Of a stretch of DNA of 64,000 nucleotides, positions 52,791-64,000 are shown in pieces. How positions within the stretch are numbered: the first letter of the stretch is position 1; every line of letters begins with the position of its first letter. Source of the DNA: Owenia fusiformis (taxonomy: Eukaryota); contig CAIIXF020000001.1 in NCBI GenBank assembly GCA_903813345.2, forward strand, positions 33,108,001-33,172,000, read 5' to 3'. A program made the translations under genes and the position numbers. The notes beneath the pieces were generated by a model that saw only the letters and a list, made by a program, of their open reading frames with translations, ran no database searches and was not told where the DNA came from.

Positions 52791-53888
52791 GACTTGTATC
52801 CATCAGTTCAGTAATGCTTCTTGACTTAAAATGACAATGACATGTTGTCACTTGGCTACTTTAAAATGATACATGCTATTTGGTATAAACCATCAGTAAG
52901 TGTTTATATATTTTTTCATCATTTGACTGAGAACTCCATGCAGGAAAGGTTGGGGATTTTGACAAAATATAATTGGGCTGTCAGATCCTTCCAATTGGAG
53001 CAACCTTAAGTGGGTCTATTTCCCCACCCTGTGAGCAATAATATCTGGTTGTATAGTAAAAATGTCAAAAGTCCTAGTCCATCAGCCTGGGGGTTGGTCG
53101 GTATCAAATCAGGGGAATAATCACCATAGTGATTTTTGGGACGGTGTAGACCCCTAGAGTAAGAAAATATGTGATAGCATTGCAACAGTTGTAGCTAAAT
53201 GGGTGTTATCACCTATTTTTCAAAATGGCCACCGATGCACATGTTACAATATAAGAGTGGGTATATCTAAGCACACTGAGATGCAAAAACTGTGATTTCA
53301 GGACCTGTGTTACGGTTTTAGGAGTCAAGGATTTCATTTATGCCTACATCTAAGTCATCAAACAATTACTTTTTATAGAAATCCAAGATGGCCACCAAAA
53401 TGAGTGTCAAAACTAATGTGTAACTATTGATTTAAGCTCAAAAACACTAGAGAACAGTGATTTTGGAGCCCATGTCTACATTTTAGGGGTCAAGGATTTC
53501 ATTTATGTCTAAATCTGAGTCATCAAATAATGACTTTATTTATAGAAATCAAAGATGGCCACCAAAATGGGTGCCGAAATGAATATGTTAGTATTGATTT
53601 AAGCACAAAACACTTAAGAACAGTGAATTTGGAGACAATGTCTAGGTTTTAGGGGTCAAGCATTTCTTTTATGTCTAAATCTGAGTCATTAAATAATTTC
53701 TTTTCATAGAAATCCAGGATGGCTGCCAAAATGGGTGCCAAAACGAATATATAACTATTGATTTAAGCTAAAAAAACACACTTAAGATCAGGGATTTTGG
53801 AGCCCATGTTTAAATTTTAGGGATCAAGGATTTCATTTATGTCTAAATCTGATTCATCAAATAATTACTTTTTTTAGAAATCCAAGAT

Positions 53889-56007
53889 CACAGGCTGGTA
53901 TCGAAAAATTTGTCCGCTGTGACGGAGCGTGCTATTTTGCAGAGAAACACTAAGAAACTCACACAATTTATTTTTTTACTCATATGTTTCGCTATACCAA
54001 AGAAAGTTTCTCACTCCATGCAATGAATATATCATTTGCGGGTAACTTTAACTTTTGTTTGAAGTCCAACAATGCTAAGAGTAAAAGCTATTGAAAACGG
54101 CGTCGGAGTATCATACTCCAAAATGTACCATTTCTTTTATTTCTTTTTAATGGTACAATATAGTGACACGATGATATTTACATATGTTTTCAGCATAACT
54201 CTGAAGGTATTAATGATATCTTGATGTATTGGGTATTTTTAATATTTTTTATAAAAAATAATGTTTACATTTTTTGTCAGCTGTGACGGAGCAGTTTTAA
54301 CTGTGAACTACGTTAAGAATTTAAGATTCAAATTATACCTTTTAAAAGTACCCTTAGAAGAGAGAAAACGTCACAAATCACTTTCCTAAATTATGAGAAG
54401 TAGCCTCTGAGAGATCTGGGGTAATGTAAATCTGAGATATAAAAACGACCACTCTTAGCATTTTTCGGAGGTTTGTACTGAAATCAACATGAATCAACAT
54501 GGTATAAACTCAACATAATATTTCTAATACGTTTTCGCCAAGACGTCTTAGAATATCACGTGTAGTGTAAATTGTTACGCGGAATATGGCATACATTCAT
54601 GGTTGCGCGGTATTTGTGATACGGGTGAATATGCCATACTCACCTGCGGTATATGGCATATTCCGCAGGTGAGTATGCGATATTCCGCAGTGAATATGTG
54701 ATGCATTGAATTCAGTGAATACCCGATACTCACCTTCAGAATATGTCATACTCACTTGCGGAATATGCCATATACAACAGGTGAATTTGACATACTCCGC
54801 AGGTGAAAAACGTGATACAGAAACACTCGGTTTGATTGGTTGTGAGAATCGACTCTGAATGTAAAACTACGCTGGATTACCAATACTGTCAGTGCGTCGA
54901 GTACTAATATATCAATCCTGGATTGATTGGGTAAGTTTATTACGTGAGATTGGTGAGTGATACTTCTGCATACGTTGATGTATTCAATAAACTGTACTGT
55001 TGATTCAGTAATCATTATAATAATTTATAAAGTTTTACTTGTTCGTTCAATCGTGCATACTTCCGTATCACGTTCTCATTGGTTAGTGTGTATGCCATAT
55101 ACCGCAGGTGAATCTGTCATACACCGCAAGTGAATATGGCATATTCGTTGCGGAATATGGCATATTTTGGTATCGTGTTTACCGCGTAACAGAAATAGGG
55201 ATAATATGAATTTATTCGAAATAGTGCACAGACATCCTGCATTCCGACAGATGTATAACCTTTTACCACGTAATATTACTGAATATAAGTTACCATAAAA
55301 GATCACCATGTCAGGTTATGGATCCACAGTAGGCACAACGAAAGGCAAATACCCTATACTGAAATAAAGTTGACTATCATTTTCATGAGTTACCATGCAT
55401 AACTTGGATTACAGTACAAACTGAGAAAAGAAGCTTAAAGAGTGGTCATATATACATCTCAGAATTTGAATTGTGTACTTTTATTCCGTTTTATTTTTCA
55501 GAATACTTTACGAAAGAGATTTGATACGCTCCCTCCTCTAACGTGTAGTTATAAAGAGATATATTATAAATCTAAATTCTTAATGTATTTCAGATTTGAA
55601 ACTGCTCCGTCACAGCGGACAAAAAATTTAAACATTATTTTTTATAAAAAAAATTAAAAATACCCAATACATAAAGATCTCATTAAAACCTTCAGAGTTA
55701 TGCTGAAAACATATGTAAATATTATCGTGTCTCTATATTGTACCATTAAAAAGAAATAAAAGAAATGGTACATTTTGGAGTATGATACTCCGACGCCGTT
55801 TTCAATAGCTTTTACTCCTAGCGTTGTTGGACTTCAAACAGAAGTTGAAGTTACCCGCAAATGATATATTCATTGCATGGAGTCAGTAATTTTCTTTGAT
55901 ATAGCAAAACATATGAGTAAAAAAATAAATTGTGTGGATTTCCTAGTGTTTCTATGCAAAATAGCACGCTCCGTCACAGCGGACAATTTTTTCGATACCA
56001 GCCTGTG
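53889..56007. mobile_element. Transib-like non-autonomous element with ~450-bp TIRs
   Basis: AAGAT|CACAGGCTGGTATCGAAAAA ... TTTTTCGATACCAGCCTGTG|AAGAT; removal restores the host motif tccaagatggccacc. Confidence 0.9.
54573..55192. mobile_element. Nested MITE with gcggaatatggcata repeats
   Basis: TGTTACGCGG/CCGCGTAACA termini; AAAT near both flanks. Confidence 0.65.
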
Positions 56008-57206
56008 AAGATGGCCACCAAAATTGGTGCCAAAATGAATATGTTAGTATTGATTTAAGCTCAAAAACACTTAAGAACAGTGAATTTGGAGCCCATGTCT
56101 ATGTTTTAGGAGCCAAGGATTTGATTTATGTCTAAATCTGAGTCATCAAATAATCACTTTTTATCGAAATCCATGATTGCAACAAAAATGGATGCCAAAA
56201 CGAATATGTAACTTTTGATACAAGCTCAAAGAACAGTTAACAACAGTCATTTTGGAGACCATGTCTAGGTTTTAGGAGTCAAGGATTCCATTTATGTTGT
56301 AAATCTTAGTCATCAAACAATTACTTTATATAGAAATCCAAGATGGCCACCAAAATGGGTGCCAAAATGAATATGTAACTTTTGATTTAAGCTCAAAGAA
56401 CAGTACTTTAATTGAAACAGCCATGATCCTATTCTTGTTCTTGATATTGCTAAAGAGCTGAAAGACATTTAACTTCCAAGAATTATCTATCATCGAAAGT
56501 GTGGAAGCCATGAAAAGGATCTGCATCGAGACTCGGAAAAAAGCAGACGAAAGCATAAGCAAGGGGGCTAGTATCAGTGCCTATGCACAAAAAGATCATC
56601 TAGAAATAAATCATCAAAATCAATAGTGTATGACTAATATGCATATATATATGCAGCAAGGCTAGGCATAGGAAGAAGTCTCGCATACCTGAAAAACTTA
56701 AAAAGGCAGTACAAATGAGAGCGGACCAAACACTAAGATCAAAAGTTACATATTTACTTCTGCAACCATTTTGACAGCCTTCTTGATATCCAAATGAAGG
56801 AATTATTGGTTGACTTAGTTATATACCTAATAGAAATTCTTACCCCATTAAACCACTGTTCTGAACTGTTCTGAGCTTGAATCAATAGTTACATATTTGT
56901 TTTGGCACCCATTTTGGTAGCCATCTTGGATTTATTATTTATTATTTGATAACTTGGATTTAGACCTAATGAAATCCTTGGCCCTTACAAAATATACATG
57001 GTCTACAAAATCACTGTTCTTAATTGTTCTTTGCGCTTAAATCAATAGTTACTAATTTATTTTTGCACCCATTTTGGTGGCCATTTTTGATTTCTATATA
57101 AAGTAATTGTTTGATAACTTGGATTTAGACATAAATGAAATCATTGACCCCTAAAACATAAACATGGTCTCCAAAATCGCTGGTCTCAACTGTTCTTTGA
57201 GCTTAA

Positions 57207-57678
57207 AGAGGCTCTATGCCATAGGATAGCACAATCAAGACCCCTCTGGACTTTTTTGCATATTGAGTTTCACCAGTTATATACCCATCTATTTACCAAA
57301 GAAGAGGTCCAAAATCCCCCTCTTTCAGTGTCAATTTTGCGATTGTGCTAGCCGATAGAATTATTTACGAAGAAATTTATTCAATCTGAAGTTTGAATAT
57401 TCCGGGAAAGTCCTCCTGTTATCTGATTGGTCGTTGAATTTGTTTATCATAAACCTGATTGGCTCCCTGGTTCAAGGCGCTTGTGTGACTCAATGGGGAT
57501 TCCCCTCGATTGTTTAATTCTGGAGTTTGGTTGTTCTGTTGATTATTTCCGATATTTCGGCAATAATATACCCAAAAGTTATTCTCAAGATATATCCATG
57601 GTATGTGAGGTATTATATGAGCAATAACAATAGGACATCATTGATTGTCTGGGGGAGAAACCTATAGCATAATGCATC
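57207..57678. mobile_element. Kolobok-like MITE (TTAA TSD)
   Basis: TTAA|AGAGGCTCTATGCCATAGG ... CCTATAGCATAATGCATC|TTAA, interrupting a gcttaaatcaata repeat unit. Confidence 0.65.
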
Positions 57679-59202
57679 TTAAAATCAATATTTACATATT
57701 CGTTTTGGCATCCATTTTGGTGGCCATCTTGGATTTCTTTAAAAAGTTATTATTTGATGACTTCGATTTAGACATAAGTGAAATCATTGACCACTAAGAT
57801 GTACGAATGGGCTCCAAATCACTGTTCTTAAGTGGTTTCTTTAGCTTAAATCAGAAGTTACATAATCGTTTTGGCACCCATTTTGGTGGCCATCTTAGAT
57901 TTCTATGAAAGGCGATTATTAAATGACTCAAAGATTTAGACATAAATGAAATCCTTGACCCCTAAAATGTACACATGGACTCCAAAACCACTGTTCTTAA
58001 ATGGTTTTTAGCTTAAATCAGAAGTTGGCTATTTGTTTTGGCACTCATTTTGGCGGCCATTTTGGATTCCTGTGAAAAGTAATTATTTGACGACTCAAAG
58101 TAGACATAAATGAAATCCTTTACCCTTAAAATGTAGACATCAGCTACAAATTCACTGTTCTTAAATGTGTTTTTTTAGTTTAAATCAATGATTACAAATT
58201 CGTTTTGGCACCCATTTTAGCAGCCATCTTGGATTTCTATGAAAATTAATTATTTGATGACTCCGATTTAGACATAAATGAAATCCTCCAACCCTAGAAC
58301 CCAAACACAAATCCTAAAATCACAGTTTTTGTATCTCAGTATGCTTAGGAATACCTACTTTTATATTGTAACTCACACACTGGTGGCCATTTTGAAAAAT
58401 GGATGATAACACCCATTAAGCTACAACTGTTGCAATGCTATCACATATTTTCTTACTCTAGAGGTCTTAACATTCCCAAAAATCACTATGGTGATTATTC
58501 CCCTTACTTGATACCAAAAACCTAAAGGTTCCCTACCTATTAGTGTACCTATAAGAACTTATTGAAAGAATTATTGAAAAGGGTAAAATGGAATTCCAGA
58601 ATTATTTTTATATAATTTGAATCTTTATTAAGTACATTTTCAACAAATCACAAAAATAGTGTGGAAAATTTCATGTTGACTCTTCAAATGAGTAATTTTG
58701 ACATATTTTCACAGAACCTTGTAGATATAATTTTACTTGTCAATATAAGAACTACAATGTGTCCTAATCTACTAAGCTTCATTTCATGTGCCATTCATGC
58801 ATAAATAGTTAGTAATCCTATTGTATTGAAAGACACACTATTGTGTTTTTGTTGTAAACAGTGAATGTCCTTCTCCATTCATTGACAGATTGTGGTACTT
58901 CCACAAACCAGACCCCCTCTGATTTTACCTTTATTGTTTAGTATTGACACTATTTTATAATTCAAACATGAAATAAGAGAGGGTCCTAAGTGTGGAAGAT
59001 ACACAATATGAAAGTATAGCAAAAATTTTAGTTTCAAAAAGGAGGCCTGATATTGAAATTACCATTATAGTCAAGGATCCATTCTGCCTTGAATGTATTT
59101 CTTCAAGGTAGGTGCAACAGAAAACCTTCTACAAAAATAGAAAATCTAATTTGGAAAGACATTCTGGACTGAACATTCCAACAAACTCTGTCATTGTAAA
59201 TT

Positions 59203-60130
59203 GTAAAGATGGCTGCATCTTTGTTAGTCATATGAGAAATTACTTTCTCATATGACTAACAAAGATACAGCCATCTTTACCCCATGCAAGATATAGAGGT
59301 TCTTATATGAGTACCTGTGCAAGATCGTCCATTCTTGATGAACATTATCAAAGCGAGTCAAGAATGGACGATATTGCACAGGTACAGGTACGAGTACAAG
59401 AAAGTTTTTCTCATATGACTCTGTATTATGCCATATTTTCACCATTTTATCATAAAACTGAGTGAAAAATAGCTTCAAATTAATTGAACTTCATCTTTCA
59501 ATTGTTATGACGTCATAACAGTATTGAAGAAAATACATAGATACACGTGGCAACAAAGCTCCATTGTTATGACGTCATAACTTAGTTTTGTAGAATTAGC
59601 ATGGATATGCATAGCAATGGTCTGTCCGTTGCCATGTTGTTGATGTTTATAGACCAGTGATGTCACAAGTAAATCTCATCTTGCACGTGTGACTTTTTAG
59701 GATGAAAGATGGCAATATCTTGCATGGGGTAAAGATGGCTGTATCTTTGTTAGTCATATGAGAAATTGCCATCTTTCATCCCAAAAAGTCACACGTGCAA
59801 GATGAGATTTACTTATGACATCACAGGTTTAAAAACATCAACATGACAACGGATACACCGTTACTATGAGTATCCATGCTCATTCTACAAAGTAAGTTGT
59901 GACGTCATAACAATCGAACTTAGTTGCCACGCGTAGCCAGGTATTTTCTACAACATTGCTATGACGTCATAACAATTGAAAGGTGAAGTTCCATTAATTT
60001 GAAGCTATTTTCACTCATTTTTATCATAAAAGTTGAAAATATGGCATAATTTAGAGTCATATGAGAAAAACTTTCTTGTACTCGAACCTGTGCAATATCG
60101 TCCATTCTTGACTCGCTTTGATAATGTTTC
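59203..60130. repeat. Compound palindrome of hairpin-bearing elements
   Basis: Hairpin 59205-59278; 59341-59715 is inverted at 59768-60128. Confidence 0.8.
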
Positions 60131-60413
60131 TTTATCTCGTCTGCACTCAATAAAGAAGAATTATCAAAACTCATCAAGAATAGAACCTCTATGTCACAAA
60201 CACCTAGCTGACCTTAAAGGAAAAGCATTCCCGATCAAGTTGAATTACAAAAGTGTTGAAGTATATTTTGTATGCTGAAATATCAGATGGCAAAGATCAA
60301 AACTAATTGGCACCAGGCCTCTCATAGTCTATGCTTATATCAAACATATATACTACAATTACACTTTACTTGAACTTAATTAATTTTGACACTGATATTA
60401 TGTTATGTTTAAG

Positions 60414-60560
60414 GCAATAGACTATGCACAATGGGGCAATACTCTTTTCCTGCTACAATTCCTGGCTTCTTGTATGATGGGATTTGTTCTGATGTATTCC
60501 ATTGTTGTATGCACACAGTTGAATTCAGCTTTAACTACTACCATAGTTGGAGTCTTAAAA
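60414..60560 (+). CDS. SLC35D1: SLC35D-family transporter, exon 9
   Basis: tttaag acceptor; [49 protein letters not shown] with NSALTT motif; GTAAGT donor. 147 nt. Confidence 0.95.
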
Positions 60561-60824
60561 GTAAGTCTGCCCTATATCTTAAATAGATAAATTCTATGCC
60601 GCTACTCAGAGCTGGATTCTACAACCAATCCCTGTTTCCCTTGTTGCATTTCTGAGCTGGATGGGATGTTTGTCAGTGTCTTTCCTTTGAAGTAGGAATA
60701 TAGCTGAGAAACTCCAACAATCTTCTTCAGGTAGATTGTGATCTTGATTGCAATTTTTGGTTCTGAACTTATTGGATCTTTAGGGTTACTTGTTTCCCTA
60801 ATGTTGAAATTTAGCACCGAACTA

Positions 60825-61648
60825 GTTTGAGGGGATATACATGTAGAGAAGCCATCCCTCCCTCTGCTCATCCGTCTGTTTGTCCAGACGATAACTGAAA
60901 TATCAAAGCAACATTGGATTTTTGTCATAAAATCTTGTCCTTTCAACTGATTAGTGTTTGGCATGCAGGATGAAAGATTTGCAGTATAAAGGTCACCCAT
61001 TGGTGAGAACATGTTGTACATGTTTGTGTCCTTATGATGATGCCTTATACTAGGGACAAAGAGCTCTGCTCAAGAATGAATTTTCAAGATGGCTACTGTA
61101 TTAAATAAAAATGGATGCCATTTTTCATTAAAAAATTAATTTTTGATAGCTCAAATACCAGTGAAGGGGTTTGATTCAAATTTTATATGCTGATGCTCTT
61201 AGTAAATAGGCATCTGCTGGAGAAGTTATTTTCATGATGTTGACTGAAATCAAAATGGCCACCATTTTTCATAAAAATGTTAACTCAATGGATTCGCTTC
61301 AAATTTTATTTGCTGATGCCCTCTTGACATTAGGACCCTGCAAGATGAGATGACCACTGAAGGAACATAGGATTTTGCATACAATCCATTTTTGCCTGCC
61401 TTTTTTCATAAAATGGAATCTTTGATAAGTCACAGAGCAGTTGACATATTTTTGGTTCAAATTTTATATGCTGGTGCCTTAGGGACATATGGCTCTACTC
61501 AAGAACTATCATGAATTCAAAATGGCCAACAAATGGAGGCAATATAACCTTTTTCTTTAATCCTATGTTCAAAGTGATGGTTGATGTAATAAAATATTGT
61601 TTCTAGCTAGGTGGGATTTGCTACAACAGTTTTCCATTCAATTTCTTA
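60825..61648 (+). mobile_element. Degraded HINE-like element
   Basis: ccgtctgtttgtccagacgataact start motif; aaaatggcc core repeats; ggtgggatttgctac 3' end like the other HINEs. Confidence 0.55.
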
Positions 61649-61660
61649 TTTTATTTTCAG

Positions 61661-61743
61661 AATCTACTTGTTACCTACATAGGTATGGTCATAGGAGGTG
61701 ACTATATATTTAGCTGGATAAACTTCATTGGCTTAAACATAAG
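61661..61743 (+). CDS. SLC35D1: SLC35D-family transporter, exon 10 (gene incomplete; terminal exon not found in window)
   Basis: ttttcag acceptor; [27 protein letters not shown]+AG with GGDYIF motif; GTAATC donor. 83 nt. Confidence 0.95.
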
Positions 61744-62763
61744 GTAATCAATCTAACAATATGTTCTAATATAAATGTTTTAACACATAAGGGGATGGTG
61801 TCTAGAAGTTTATTTAAATGTCTATGGTTGACCCCCTCAATTCCATCATCTAATCAGATCTTGCATTAGGCTCAGAAGAATGTGTGTCCCAACGAAGGAA
61901 AACAAATAAAAAAGTGTGTCCTCTTATTTAAGCTTATAATGGGCTATTTTCAAGTTCAACAATAAAATAAGTGCAATAAGACAATCTGTATACATCCCTT
62001 TATAACACAAACCCGTCGCCAAGGGTGGTTCAGGGTGTTCCCTGCTTGATGAATCAAAGTCTGCCCAAATTGTATGATTTGTTTGTGTTTTCAAATTGTT
62101 GCCAGCTGTGTCCTATGATTGAAATATGCTCTTGCAACTCAATTCACTCATGTATTGTAGCCATTTTATAGTAAAAATTATTATTATACTGTGAGTGATC
62201 TTTATACCTGCTGTTTGCTCTAAATTATAGCACGAAAAAAATGAGAACATTTTTAGTATTAATTTCTCTACCGTTTGGTAATATGGTGTATCACTATAAT
62301 TTTAATTTCAAAATATTCTCTGATTCATATCATAAATTAGACCATTTTGATGTCATACAATCACAATCAGACAGCTTCTGCTTGGTAATTGAACTCATTT
62401 TGAAGGTATTAAATCAGTTTTACAGTGAGAAAATGTCATATGCAATTTGCAATAAAACTGCCCATTAAGATATTTGTTTTTCAGTATTCTTATTTTTTTA
62501 CTCAAAATAAAGTTGAAGCTGAAACACATCAAAATATAATAAATTACTGAAAGACTGCCAAATTTTTAATCAATCATTTTACATCCCAAAAACAGAAATT
62601 TATTTTAAGTTTGTGTTCTCCCAATTTTTTTTACGTCCTGTATGTTATAGGCCCCCGTTAATGCGAGTAATGAAACTTTTTTTATTACATGTTTACTTCT
62701 CTCTTGTTACTTTCACTAGAATATGGAGAAAATCAACACTATTTGCTGACAAAATTGGGTCCA

Positions 62764-62886
62764 CCCAATATTCCAAAACCCATTACTCCCAAACCTGATA
62801 CTCCAAAACCCAATACTCCGAAACCCAATGTTATAAAACTCAATACTGAGAAACCAATCACACCGAAAACCCAATCACTCCGAAAA
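62764..62886. repeat. 15-bp minisatellite, likely a TE subterminal array
   Basis: About eight copies of cccaatactccgaaa-like unit. Confidence 0.75.
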
Positions 62887-64000
62887 ATTAAGCTAAATAA
62901 TACTTTTTTCTCCATTATACCAGAATTTAATCAAAATTCAGGGAGCGAGAAATCAAATGTAACACACTTGTAATATGAATAACAGATGACGAAAGGATCT
63001 AGTGCACCTGCCATTATTATCTCCCCATGAACAAAAAGAAATTCATCTGATTTTTCAAAATAAATATACTGCTTTTATTATTACATTTATATGTACACTA
63101 GTATCTTGTTGACCTATATTCAGCACTGTATTGATGAATGGGCCACTTATTAGGGCCAATATTCAATCATAAAGTGTACAGGGGTAGAGATGCCAAACCA
63201 GGAAGTATTTTTGTGTCTGTCAAAATCCATTTGCATCATACATACTCCTACATCTTATCAAAATATATTATTAATTAATGAATTATAACAGTATAATCTT
63301 TGGATTTACGAAGTTGAATGGGATTTCATAAGTGTAAAAGTTGCTTTTGAAGCATTTTTCTTTAGCCATTTTGTAGGAAAAAATGATGAAAAATGTATAA
63401 TCTTTTAATTTGAAGTATGACCTGAATCGATTGCAAACTTTATATTTGCACATCTGATGTGACATACCATTTGTGTCATATTTTGAAATTATTCAATTTG
63501 CAATCGATTCAGGTCATAGTGTATTTTAGGTATTTTGTGAAAATCAATAGAAACCAATGGCCTCCATTGGAATCTGATGGTATCCACATGTTAAGTCAAT
63601 AGAACACATCCAATGTCAAGTCAATACACCCTTGCTGAACTTAATGACCCCAACCTCAGCCCATGTGGGTCCATAAGCTTAAATATTTTCAAAAATATTA
63701 TGTGACATTGTATTCTTTATGTTACACCTAAAAATGATTTATTTTGTTCATGGGGAGATCACAATGGAAAGTGCACTAGACCCTTTGTTTTCTCACTAGT
63801 ACTGACATTGTCAAGAACAGATTTTTTGTTATGATTTGAATTAGCTCGCCACATATACAGCATAATATGAGAAAGCCTATATTATCTTCTTTAATTTCAT
63901 TTATACCAGACTGAAATCAAGCCTTCAGGGACTGGGATATTCAGTGTAACGTATGGAGTTTTAAGAGAAGACATGAAATATTTTAGTAGACTGACAATAT

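Larger units (their letters stand above)
53092..58522. mobile_element. 5.4-kb foldback element with tandem-repeat arms, Academ-like
   Basis: 53100-53300 is inverted at 58320-58516; ~185-bp units run forward in the left arm and reverse in the right arm; centre ~56420-56530 reads HDPILVLDIAKELKDI*LPRIIYHRKCGS. Confidence 0.8.

Noticed and set aside
60602..61021. 139-aa minus-strand ORF
   Set aside because: About half overlaps a degraded HINE and no recognisable domain is present.
32012..61648. Strict sense-orientation bias of intronic HINEs
   Set aside because: Most are co-oriented, but the 25040-29400 element looks opposite, some are nested and the sample is too small.
62689..62973. PNTPK-repeat ORF
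   Set aside because: Translation of a 15-bp minisatellite; no supporting gene structure.
63910..63949. Possible last SLC35D exon after ttataccag
   Set aside because: Would encode (R)LKSSLQGLGYSV*, which does not match the expected hydrophobic S..G...YS final helix.

Overview
AT-rich eukaryotic (invertebrate, probably lophotrochozoan-type) genomic DNA; the species cannot be determined from the sequence. The window carries one clear protein-coding gene on the + strand, a nucleotide-sugar transporter of the SLC35D1/SLC35D2 (Drosophila frc, C. elegans sqv-7) family. Ten coding exons between 7512 and 61743 splice in frame through GT-AG introns (881 nt); the last exon was not found and probably lies beyond the window. 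An intact 257-aa ORF of uncertain, possibly transposon-derived, origin lies on the - strand at 760-1533. Most of the rest is densely nested transposable-element sequence: Helentron/HINE-type elements, Tc1/mariner, hAT, piggyBac- and Kolobok-like MITEs, two large foldback elements with Academ-like transposase debris, a 5'-truncated CR1-group LINE and many palindromic elements. Two observations stand out. First, four different CAC-terminated elements with 5-bp target duplications share a terminal CACnGG.....ATCG signature (Transib/RAG-like). Second, the promoter and first exon of the gene sit inside a duplicated MITE whose outer ends form a complete TA-flanked composite. Family assignments rest on recalled motifs and structural hallmarks, not on database searches.
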